From: Trichoplax adhaerens
Taxonomy: Eukaryota; Animalia; Placozoa
Assembly: GCF_000150275.1 (NCBI RefSeq)
Contig: NW_002060959.1
Span: 46,237-110,236 of the forward strand
Direction: 5' to 3'
DNA length: 64,000 nt
Both the position numbers and the translations under genes were made by a program. Positions 1-11,420 of the stretch are shown piece after piece. Numbering within the stretch: position 1 is the first letter of the stretch; every line of letters starts with the position of its first letter. A model generated the notes under the pieces. It did no database searches. It had not been told where the DNA came from and saw only the letters and a program-made list of their open reading frames with translations.

Positions 1-31
1 AATAGCAACGAGATATAGTCTTTAAACTTAC

Positions 32-3000
32 AGGCTTACTTATGGGATCATCTTCTTCACGCACTTGTAGAACAACTTTGCCAATGTGTTTACCAGCAGC
101 CATATATCGGAATGCGCCTTCTAAGTCGTTTCGATTAAATACGACATTGTTTAATGGTTGGACTACACCACTTTTTATGCCCTCTAATATCATTCGGTGT
201 ACCATCGGCCATTCCTTGTTTTCACCGTCAATTAAAGCATCCAGCAAAATTCCATGAAACGATACATTACGTAAAAATAGAGCCATACCTAATGCTGAAT
301 TATTAGATAAATCGTATTTTCCAATTTCCAAGAATCGACCATGACGAGCTACTACTCGTACACTTGCTTGTAGTTTTTCTTCGGCTAATGAATTCAATAC
401 TACATCAACACCACGTCCATTGGTAGCTTCCATTACCAATTTTTCAAATGTTAAATTACGGGAATTACCGATATTTTCTCTGCATAATTTCGGGAACTTC
501 TTTAATAAAAATTCTACCTTTTGTTCTGTACCTACTGTGGTAAAAACTGTGCATCCTTTCGATAAAGCTATAGCAATAGCAGCCTGACCTACACCACCAG
601 CACCTGAATGAATCAATACAGATTCGCCATCTTTTAATTGACCTCGTGTAATTAGGGAATAATATGCTGTCGCATATACTACTGGTACAGTAGCTGCATC
701 GCGTAGACTCCATGAATCAGGAATAGGGAATGTACAATTTTTCTTCATGACAATATTAGTCGCTAAACCCTTAGCATTGACGAATCCCATTACCCGGTTG
801 CCCTTTTCGTCTTTACCTGACCATTCCAAACCTAATACACAATCTTGTGAAGCTAAATCGCCTGGTAGTGCATCTGGAGGTAATTTACCTGCAGCCAACA
901 TAATATCTCGGAAATTTAATGGTGCGTAGTAGATATAATATGAACCTTCATCACTTTTTGGTTGAGCATGCTTTGATGAAGCGAACCATCGTAATGATGA
1001 TAAATCACCACGAGTTACAACGTTCACATATGCTTGTTCATTAGTCAATTCAGAAGATTCACCTTTACGTACAAATAAATGACGGAATGATCCTAATTTT
1101 CCATTACGATGAATATTCATAGCAAGATCAAGTCGTTGAATATTTTTCATTTCTTGAGTTAACTTTATATCAGGACTGGAGCCATTTAGCTGAGCGTTAA
1201 ATACACAGCGAATATTTTCACCGCCAGGTTCTTTACGTAAGCAATTAGTCATACCTACAATACCTGATGTACTATTGCGATCACTTAATAACCAAATCTT
1301 TTGGTTATTCTTATTATTTGAAATGAATTTTTTCAATTCATCAACCCAATCAAAATTCTGATTACTGATGTTTAGTATGGTTGGCGAATTGACAACGTTT
1401 CTAGGATTATCTAGGCAGCAGAGGAATAGTGTTGATAGTAGGCCGTCACTCTTCTTACCAACAACATTGAATCCTCCGGCTTCTAAAATTTTCACCCATT
1501 CATCTTCTGATAACATATTATGAACTGGTTCATTCTTATCACGCCATGCTTTATCATTTACTCCGAATATAGATAGTACTGTCGCAAAACTACGAGTGCA
1601 TTCATGTAAAAGAAAGAATCCACCTTCTTTCAGCATTTTTGCAGCCATTGATACTTGTTCTTCCGCTTTCAAATTTTCATGTACTGTAGCATAGTTACTT
1701 ACAACTAAATGAGACGATTTTTTTAAATTTCTTTCAATCGATGATTTGCCGTTAAGGTTAACGATGGAGATGTCGTTAAATTTTTCTGCTTCCGGCTGAA
1801 GTTGAGATTCATCATTTCCGTTACCTACTAGAGCTGTATAACTGACGTTCGATTCTGGTTGTGAAAGAAGGACCGGTAATACACGTCTAAACAGTTGACC
1901 ATGAGTAGCACCAATTTCTGCTACTTTCAAGGGAGAATGAAGTATATTTTCGAAAGCTACATCAACCGATGTTTTCAGGTATCTGTCAGTTAGCAACGCA
2001 CCACTAAGGACGTCATCGGTGAATAATTTTTTGTTCTCCCATAATATTTCAGCAACTGATTCACTAAATGTATTGTCAGGTTTCAATTCGCATATTTTAT
2101 TCAATAAGCTAAATATACCATGATCTTGACTGTCCAAGTAAGCTTCTATCTTATCATTGGCAAGATTTTGTCGTGCTTTCGTGTCTTGTTGCAATGCAAT
2201 CAAATTCTTAACCGCATTAGGGACAACGTGACTATTAAATTTCTGACTAAGTTCTCCGTATTTCATTGCAGCATATTCTTCAATATCTGCTCTGTATTGC
2301 AATAAATTCTTATCTTTTCCAAAAATATCGCTCTCGAAATACGGTATGAAATAGATTTCTTCTAAACTGGGAGCATTTTGTCTATCTTGCTTTCGCGGAG
2401 CAACTGAAGTATGTAAGCCTTGTAGTTCTACTCCACCAGCGACACACATATTTGTATAAGGATTGATGCTATATTCCAAAAATTCTTCACTTTTCTCCAC
2501 TTTTTCAGTTGTTTCTTCACCGCTATTCTCTCCTTTATCCTCACTTTCCTCTTCATGATCAAATGGCTGTTTGCGAGGATCGATACAAATATGACGAATT
2601 CGTGTTGGCAATCTTAGAGAACGCCCTGGTAGACTAAATACAGACATTTGTAACATAGTATCAAGGAAAGAAACCCAGTTGCCGTTCCACAATAGTTTCG
2701 CTCTCAATCCATTTTGTGCAGCAGTTTCGATACCTTGGAATGTTGGACCATAATCGTAGCCACGCAATCTTAGCTCTTTATAGACATCTTCCTTCGATAG
2801 TGGTGTAGCATCATCTTCACCGAATGCAGGTAATGGACTAATTTCCATATCATCTTCAGCAAGACTAACTTTGCCAGATACAGCTAAGCTACTGCCAGAC
2901 GTTACCACAAATTTTCCAACTGCATCCATTATCTCGACTTGTAATTGAATACTGCCAGTTGATGGTAGGATAGTTGCTTGATGAATAGTAACATCTTCGA

Positions 3001-3280
3001 AAACAACTGGAGTCTCTCTAAACATTTTACCTTTAAGACGAGCTAATGCTCTCCATGCAAGCACAAGATAACCTGTAGCTGGATATAGAACACGCCCATC
3101 AATAGCATGTCCAAGAACATAATGATCAGGTGAATTAGGAGAGACATCAATATCAAATGTGATAGCAGCACCACCGTCTTTTCCGCCTTTCTTTGTGAAA
3201 TGCTCTAAAGTGGGTACTGCCCATTCCTGTGAATGGTCCCAGACTACCGATGATGAAATCATTGGTGTACCTGGCGGAAC
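32..3280 (-). CDS. FASN: FASN large exon (1083 codons: DH, pseudo-MT, pseudo-KR, ER); missing from the ORF track
   Basis: Acceptor taatag|GTTCCG at 3280 and donor CCT|gtaagt at 32 give 3249 nt, phase 0-0. The frame has no stop before the window edge, which explains its absence from the ORF track. Confidence 0.9.
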
Positions 3281-6200
3281 CTATTAAGTAAAATATATTT
3301 TCCGATTAGTTATGTATTAGGGTCCTATAGAGCAAACTACTCAGATTTTGTAATAACATTAACTAGCTTAATTGATCCATTGCATATATACAAGTATTAA
3401 GATCAAGTTTAAAACTTCTTTTACTTTTATTTATTTCGCAAACTTACCGGTAGTGAAGTTTTAGTCAAGAATGCAGAAGGATCAATGTTTACTCCATTCA
3501 TGTACAACTGGCCAAGAGTTGTAAAAAATAGTTCTCGATTGCGAGGGTTATCCTTTCGCATAGTTTTCATTATTGTACAAGTCTTACTCATAGAGCGCTT
3601 CAACACAGCTTGAAGTAAATGATGCGGGCTAATTTCTATTACTATAGCATCTTCTGGTACTTTCTGCATAGCATCGTAAAACAATACTGGACTTACGAAG
3701 TTATTAACATAGTAATCTGCTCCAGCGTATTTTGCAATGTCTTCATGTAATTTAGATTCTGATACTGAAGAGCTAATCCAGCGAGATGAACGAAGCTTCG
3801 GTTGCGTAACAATTTTCTCAACAGCAGCTTTAAAAAATGGTGCAGCTTTCTTGATATAGTGAGAGTGAAAGGCTACACCTGCTGTCTCTACTTTTTTGGC
3901 AAAAATTTCTAATTATGGAAAAATGAATTATTTTGAGGTACGAGATAAAACGGCAATGTCAAGTCAACTAAACAAATTTATCCCAATTTATGACTTATCT
4001 ATCAAAAATTGTAATCACATCAGTAGGGTTAAAGTGTTTACATCTATCTATTGCTATTAGCTAACCTTCAGATTTTAATTGTTTGACAACTTCTTCCACT
4101 TTATCTGGATCACCCGAGATAGTAACAGTTTTTTCTGCGTTATGACATGCAGCTACAACATCATCTGGACAACGCTTTTTCGCTTCTGCCCATGTTAATC
4201 CGACAGCAGCCATTGCACCTTTCTCTAATTTAGCATCTAAGATAGATTGACCTCTCCAGTAGCCAACCTGCACTGCTTCTTCTAGTGTCAGTGCTCCATC
4301 AGCATAACCACAAGCTACTTCACCGGCACTATGACCGAATAGACCTATAAAAAAATATCAAAGTTTGATGTCTAAAACAACTGCTAGTTACATATAGTCT
4401 ACATCATTAGCATCCAATAATAAGCTTCTAGTTTTATGTACTATGATTACAATATTGAATTGGAACAAATTGCCTTAATTTGATATACTTTTATCTATAA
4501 GACTGTTATGTAATAGCTTCTACGTACCATCTGGTTTAAGGCCACAAGCTTTCAAACAATCGACTAATGCCACTTGTATGACTACTAGCCCAGTGAATGA
4601 GTTTCGGACATTTTCAAATGTGTCTTGATCACTATTTAGTAACAGATCCATTACATCCAATCCTGTTGGGAGTAACATTTCACGTGCTCTTTCAATACTC
4701 TCGCGAAATACTTCAAATTTCATCATATCTCGACCCATCTTAGCCCAGTGGACTCCCATACCTGAAAACACCCACCATACTGGACGCTTACTTGTTGGTG
4801 CAACATCAACATCGTGGATGGCATTTTCTGAATTTAATATTGTGAAACCACGTTGAGGATGATAATTGCTGGCAGTGGGTGTATCGGACATGCTATTTAG
4901 GAGATTGATTAAATCAGCTTTATCATGATGTTGATTAGCAAGTTCACATAACTTCTCCACGCTTTCTTTTGTACGACCAGAGCATAGTGCTATGGATAAA
5001 TCGTTACTTATTGTTAATTGGCTGTCCTCTTCATGGAAAATTCTCGGTTTCAGCACGGCATGAGAATTGGCACCACCAAATCCGAACGAGTTCACACCGA
5101 CATAGCCATCTGAAATTAGAGACGACCTCATGTTAATAATCACTACTTATCTAAACTGGTATCACTAATGTAAAAAGTCTATCTTATTGACGGTGTAATC
5201 GATCAACTCCTTGGTATAGCATCTTGTTTGCATAGACAAGTATCGAGGAGTATACTATGTATAGTATGTATTGACCTGGAAATGGTGTATTTTCTGTAAC
5301 GACTTTCAAACGCCCATCTAGCAATCCTGGAATGTCAGGATTGGGATTTTTGTAGTGCAAATTAGCTGTTAAAGTGCCATGTTGAGTGCATGCGAGTACT
5401 TTAGCAACAGCTGCTAATCCAGATGCAGGCTCACTATGTCCCATATTGGATTTGACGGTCCCAATGAGTAGAGGTTTATTACCACGGACCTCGCCTGCAA
5501 ACATATCACAGATTGAATTGACTTCTTGTGGATCACCAGCTTTAGTACCTGTTCCATGAGCTTCAACGTAACTAACATCACCAGGATTGATACCAGCTTC
5601 ATTGTAGATTTCCTTTAATAGGCGAAATTGTGCTCTGCCATTGGGAAATGTAACACCCTGCTCCTTGTATCCGTCACAATTGGATTTAGTATAGGGGACG
5701 GTGGCATAAATACGTTTGGCAACGCTTTTCTTCAGTAAAAGTACTGAAATGATACCTAAATATCGAATTATTGTGATATTTTAGACAAGGATATGCAATT
5801 TGTAGGTGATAGAGTATCATGCAAGAATGGTGATAATATGTAGGGTATTAGAATGGATCCTATTCTCGAGGTTACGGTTGCCATTGAAAATATTGAAAAT
5901 TACCTTCAGCACGACAGTAGCCATTACTAGCAGCATCGAATGCTTTGCACGAGCCATCGTGCGATAACATTCCAAATTTATGAAATTCCAAGCCAGTATT
6001 GGGTTTGAAATGACAGCATACCCCGCCAACAATTGCACCTTCACAACGTCCCATCCTGATTGATTGTACACCTTGATCGAAAGCGACTAACGATGAAGAG
6101 CAAGCAGTATCGACAGCAAAACTAGGCCCTGTGTCAACAAAAGCAAAGATTGTCTTCAACCTTGATCGCAATATCGGTCTAGTTCAGGCTATTTTAATGG

Positions 6201-6771
6201 CAGTCACAATAGCTATTTTATCATGTGTACTATTTATTACCATCACTCATTGACTTATTTGCCATCAAGGAAAACAAGTTTAAATTGTGGACTTACCGCC
6301 AAAATTGAAGTAGTATGATACTCGATTGGCAAACATGCAGGCATGGCAGCCAGTCGCACTGTAGCCTATCTGCGATTCTGCATCAGATTGGTAAGCGTGC
6401 AAAGCTTCGCTCAAGGTTTCTCCTACAAAGACACCATAATTTTTGCCGCGTAAGGTGTAAGGATTGAGACCAGCATCGACAATCGCTTCATAAGAGCATT
6501 CCAGCAGTATACGAAGTTGAGGATCCATGGTATTGGTTTGCTTGGGATGAATACCAAAGAAAGTTGCATCGAAAAGTTCGGGATTCTTCAATTTGCCATT
6601 ACGCTTTGGTAATCCATACAATCCAGGAGGCCATCGTCGGTCATCTTCGGTGACCATATCTTCAGCGTTGAATAAATGATCCCAAAATTCTTGCATGTTA
6701 TTGGATTCAGGTAAACGGCAAGAGATACCAGCAATAACAATTTCATCGTCGTCGATGAGTACCGGCGCCAT
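32..6771 (-). CDS. FASN: Animal type I fatty acid synthase, 3'-partial (KR/ACP/TE lie beyond the left edge). Coding exons: 6771-6297, 6128-5904, 5755-5276, 5109-4528, 4344-4066, 3908-3448, 3280-32
   Basis: Joining the GT-AG exons gives one continuous frame. KS motifs: [45 protein letters not shown]: VFSGMG, GHSAG, AFHS. Post-AT WDHSQEW. DH: [24 protein letters not shown]: [29 protein letters not shown]. Domain order and motifs match metazoan FAS. Confidence 0.93.
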
Positions 6772-8697
6772 CTGCAATAATTCAATCAATATGCATGGTC
6801 AGCTAGAGTCGTTCATGCTCAACCTTCAACTTAGTCGGATGATTGATCTACTGTCATTGAGGTGCGATAGACTAGATGCACTCTCATATGAATCGGCATG
6901 ACTGCTAAGGGTACGTGGATCGCAACGTGCTCCATTGCTTCCGTCCAGGTAGCCTGCATTGGCGAGCTGGGTTGGCTTAGTAAAAAATTGTTTTACCATC
7001 GCCCGTTGTTTCCAAAAGAGTACAGTACTGTCCTAGACCTGTTTGCCCTAATCTGGTATGTCCAGACCGTAGAGGTAAGGTGAAAAAGAGTCTGTTTTTT
7101 AAATCTCAATTCAAACCCGAGTCCATCTCTGAATCGATTCACGGCTCTACAAAAACTTCCTTCCTCGTATGCTCTCCGCCCTCGCCCAATTCAATTTTAT
7201 TTTCTACCGATGACGTACGTCAACATTTCCATTTTCAGGTACAGTATAGTGACACGGCAGGTCTAGTGACACCTAGCGTCGACACCACGATCGCACGACC
7301 GAAGGTTAAGGTTGCGCGACTGTCGCAAAAGAGTATCACGCCATTGATATCGCGAGTACTGGACAGTGTACTGTATTTTACTGTGGTTTTACTACTGTAC
7401 TGTGCATAGTTGACTATCGCGCTAGACTAGCCACTCCCCATAGTCGAGCCTTATGGTGGAGGTGACGCATTGAGTGGGTATGACTCAGTGCTAGGTGAAT
7501 GTGCCAGCCGGCATCCGTCTGACACATTGCTCCATACAATCCAACTGATGATCAGTGGGCACTGTTGAGTGTTGAGGGATTGCATAGCTATTCGTTCGGT
7601 TTAGTATCCAACTACGCTTGAACAGTATTGTAAAATGGTGCAACAAGTATAGCCTGATTCGGTCTCCAATGACTTGATAGCCATACCTTGCTTTGGTGGT
7701 GATGCAAGTCGTTTCACGTAGTCAATAAAGTACAAGACACGACCGTATTCCACGGTCACTCCACGTTGACATGGTTATGGATGACTGTACCACTGCGCAG
7801 TGCGCAGTGCGCTTTACTCTTCTACGTACGGTGCATAACCATCAACAATGTTCAATATCTGATCGTTCAAACCAGTCATTTCGCTTTACTCTTCTGTACA
7901 GTATTGTACTGTACTGTACATAACCATCTCCAATGTTCAATATCTGGTCATTCGAGCCTGTCATTTCCCACGACATGGCGGATCCAGAATTGCCGGTAAA
8001 ACTGTTTCAGCGGCATTTTTGCATGTATTTTACAGGGAAATATTTGGGCCTACTGATCATGGACTACTATCGCTATACAGTGCATGGATTAGTCCATGGT
8101 GAGGTATTAAATGGAGTGGATGGTGTAATCCGTCGCCGGAATCGTATGGAATACAGTAATATCTAATCTACGGTGCTGTCAGGTACAGACTGTATAAATA
8201 GTACCTGTTGTTTGAAAAACAACATTTTTTTTAAAGCTATTTTTGAAATGCCATCCAAGTATGGCTGAGCCTTGAACCACTAGGACCTTGGAAAAGAACG
8301 ATACAGTAACTGAAACTGTTACTAACAGCCCTGTTAGCCATTTAACAGTAATATTAAAAGTCATTATGTCACGCCGAACAATGATCTCGCAAAGTTGGAA
8401 GCCCTTAACCGATTGAGTACAAGCTGCATTGACATAAGTCCATTTAGATATAGTCGTTCCATACTCATCATGTCAATTCAGAATACCCTAAACCCCTAAA
8501 TTAGCGATGCGATTGAAATTGAAGAGAAAAAAAATAGCTTACCTTTCTTATCTTCTTCTTCTGTGTCTTTTTTTTCAGCCCAAAATAATGGCACGATCTG
8601 ATCAGATTGTTATTTGACTTGAAATCGGCCAAATAACCCTGCAGGAATTCACGTAGCTGTATCTTGCAATACAGTTGCGATAATTATGGAATTTGGA

Positions 8698-8759
8698 GGA
8701 GATTGGAAGCCAATTTATTACATCAATCTTCGATGCAATCAAATTGGCTTTCAATCTCC
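8698..8759. repeat. Long imperfect inverted repeat (hairpin)
   Basis: GGAGATTGGAAGCCAATTT pairs with AAATTGGCTTTCAATCTCC (19 bp, one G-T), with an inner ATTACATC/GATGCAAT stem. Confidence 0.85.
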
Positions 8760-9063
8760 AACCAATCAGCTTGTCGGTTGCTTCAAAATCTCGCTCGGGC
8801 CATCAATAATAAATAATAGGCTGGAGTCACAGAGATCCGGATTGGGACCCGCGGGACGGACTCATTGTACTGTAGACTACAGTGTACAGTACAGCATAGT
8901 ACGGTACATTCCATGAGACCATGCATAGACGCATGATTCATTGGTACAGGTGTGAACAATCATTATGGACATGCACTTTGTGCAGTACATTGTACTATTC
9001 AAAACAGTACTGTAGTGTACTGTACTGTACACTGTACATCTCAACCAGTGCACTGGGCACGGC

Positions 9064-9109
9064 AATGTGCTAACTACCCACACTCATTAGTGTGGGTAGT
9101 TAGCACATT
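9064..9109. repeat. Perfect 21-bp inverted repeat with 4-nt loop
   Basis: AATGTGCTAACTACCCACACT-CATT-AGTGTGGGTAGTTAGCACATT. Confidence 0.95.
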
Positions 9110-9287
9110 TTGGGGTATTGCTATATTTCGTCTAGGTCTTTTAGCACATTTTTGGTTAATACCATATTGAGTGCTACTGTTCAGGGCGTATGACTACAGT
9201 AGTGAATTAATACAAAATTCCAATTCCAATTAGGACTTCTGTCATTTAGATATTAATTACAATTAGTAGTACAGTGAATTGCCATTA

Positions 9288-9325
9288 TACTGCTTGGTGG
9301 ATAGGTGGGGGCATATGCCGAGTAA
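9288..9325 (+). pseudogene. 3'-terminal remnant of a secreted Cys-rich family gene (last ~10 codons, +1 G), followed by duplicated 3' flank
   Basis: tactgcttggtggataggtgggggcatatgccgagtaa matches 17836-17872 (TAWWIGGAYAE*). The downstream 9330-10020 resembles ~18080-18740. Confidence 0.8.
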
Positions 9326-10738
9326 AAATTGCATCTCCTATTTCAAGGGTTGTTTCGTATTTTACAACATCACTACCATATAATACCATATAGATATTGT
9401 ATTTTGTTAGTATTATTATCATGTAATTAGGAGATGAAAACAAGAAGCATCATTTCAGTTTATTGGTGGATTCTACATAGCAGATGGTTATTATAACTGT
9501 AGCTATTTTACAAATAGATTAAAATTAACGTTATAATAATGCTATGGCAGCCCTATTTTTAATAGCGTATAGCTGTTATGAATTATTGGCCAAATAGTAG
9601 CTGTATACTCAATGTTATCCAATAGGAATGTAATCAAATTTTTTTAATTTATCCATTTGTGTTCAACTTTTCACGAATGTTACTAGCAGTTTCTAACAAA
9701 ATCATGCAAACTTAAAATCGATCAACGATAGATCGCTCATGGACTTAGAGAATTCCTAGTGTCGCATTAATTTTAACCTTATCAATTGAATGCTTCAAAA
9801 TTAATCACTGCTAACCAATATTGGTAACCAAATCACAACAGCTCTACAGTAACAACATCAATAGCAGAGTATCTTCAACTCTGTCTCAGTCTGCCATATA
9901 TCGTCATTTGTATTGACTGGTTATGGAATAATAATAATAGAATCAGATATAAGCTTCTACAGTAGAAAGTGCAGTATAATCAATCAGGAGGCAATATCCG
10001 TTCATCCGATTTACTTCAATAAATATGTATGTTGTGATTTATGATGAGTTTGATCTTTATACTAGTAAAGTGATAATTAACATCCAACATAAACAACGAT
10101 AAAGCAATAAAAGTAATGGATTCTTATGGTATAAAATGTTAATTTAAAGGAAGAGATAACCCGTTTTTGTAATAACTTTTTACTATCCACCAATTGAGGT
10201 AAATTAAATGTAGTGATACTAGGCAATAGGAAATTTTGAATACCGTTTTTAAATAATTTGTGTTTTAAATTGAGGCTAGAAATAGAAGAATCAATGCTGC
10301 AGTTTTCTTTCAATTAATTCAGAAGCCCATTTAATCCGTAAGCTAGCTATCAAAGTAGTAAATTTGGCTGGTAGTATAAACTGCGTAATGAAGTGTTACG
10401 GTATTGCGTTGCCTAAATTATAGAATTTAAGAAAGTATTATCACTGACAGTGTTTCAGTATTATAGTATAGTAAATGTTTACGTTAGACTAGTCAACTTG
10501 CCAGGAAGTAGTCTGTGACAGGAAGTTAATCTAACTTTTCATATCACAATCTTGTATATCGCTAAATCACTTTTCTTTTACATTGAACTCAGCAGAAGAC
10601 TCCTAACTCATCTCGCTGAAGTTAGCTAACAGCTCTAGTTTAAATTAATTAAAAAATACTGTAAATATACAGCCTCCACCGAAAATCATTCCATTGAAGC
10701 CAGTTATTTTAGATAAAATTAGACATTTGTTTCAGTAG

Positions 10739-11420
10739 ACATATACAAACATAAATCGTGTTATCAAGTCAAAAAAATGTCTTAAACCTTCTGAAAATGA
10801 TTTTTTACACTATTTGACAGTAATATCAGCCTGTTCCGAAGTTGCTGCGACTTCGAATCAGAATCACTTTTCGTTTGGACAGTAATTATCTCCTATTACT
10901 CGAAAATGCTCAAATAGTAGCCTATCGTATGAGCTCTAATATCAATCTTTTATTAGGCGAATACAATTCCTCTATATCGCTATTTTGCCTTTTATTACAT
11001 CATATTACTTTTATTTTAGCTTCTTATGGATTCACACCCTTTCGTTCAACTCATAATTGCAATATCGCGGTAGAAAGTGGCCTAACTAATCGTTGTGACT
11101 ATGTAAGATTCTTGGCATTTATAAGCCCTTCTTTTCTCAAGATAATGCGATATATGCGTACGTGTATAGAAGTAGATTATATCAATATCAGAGGGCAATC
11201 ATGTAGAAAGTGCATTGTACTATTTTATTGTTCTGATACACACCATCTCCATGTCGATTTCCATTTTACAACAAGCGATAGTAGTAAACTATCTTTCCAG
11301 AATGTTGTGAGCTACGAAGATGCATTTGGTCAACATCATCAAAACAAACCAAAATTGTCCTATGTGGCTAACAAATAATTCAACGACTGGCTGGTGAATA
11401 AGTGGGCCGTATGCCGAAAA
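10739..11420 (+). pseudogene. Pseudogene of the secreted Cys-rich fibrinogen-like family (exon 2)
   Basis: Homologous to 17195-17872 (KSCYQVK, CDFESES, CIEVDYINIRGQSCRKC). It has frameshifts near 10745-10810, a premature TAA at 11376-11378, and TGA replacing the second W of WWIGG. Confidence 0.85.

Noticed and set aside
42-2305. Short ORFs 42-257, 465-713, 747-929, 2120-2305
   Set aside because: They are antisense or off-frame to the large FASN exon.
32-6771. Bacterial/fungal PKS or horizontally acquired cluster
   Set aside because: Spliceosomal introns and metazoan FAS-type motifs and domain order. An animal FAS-like PKS cannot be fully excluded without phylogeny.
8484-8500. Telomere-like CCCTAAA repeat
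   Set aside because: Only two imperfect units; likely chance.
6898-9170. Small ORFs upstream of FASN
   Set aside because: No recognisable domains; their composition (YCTV runs) comes from TACAGTA-type motifs.
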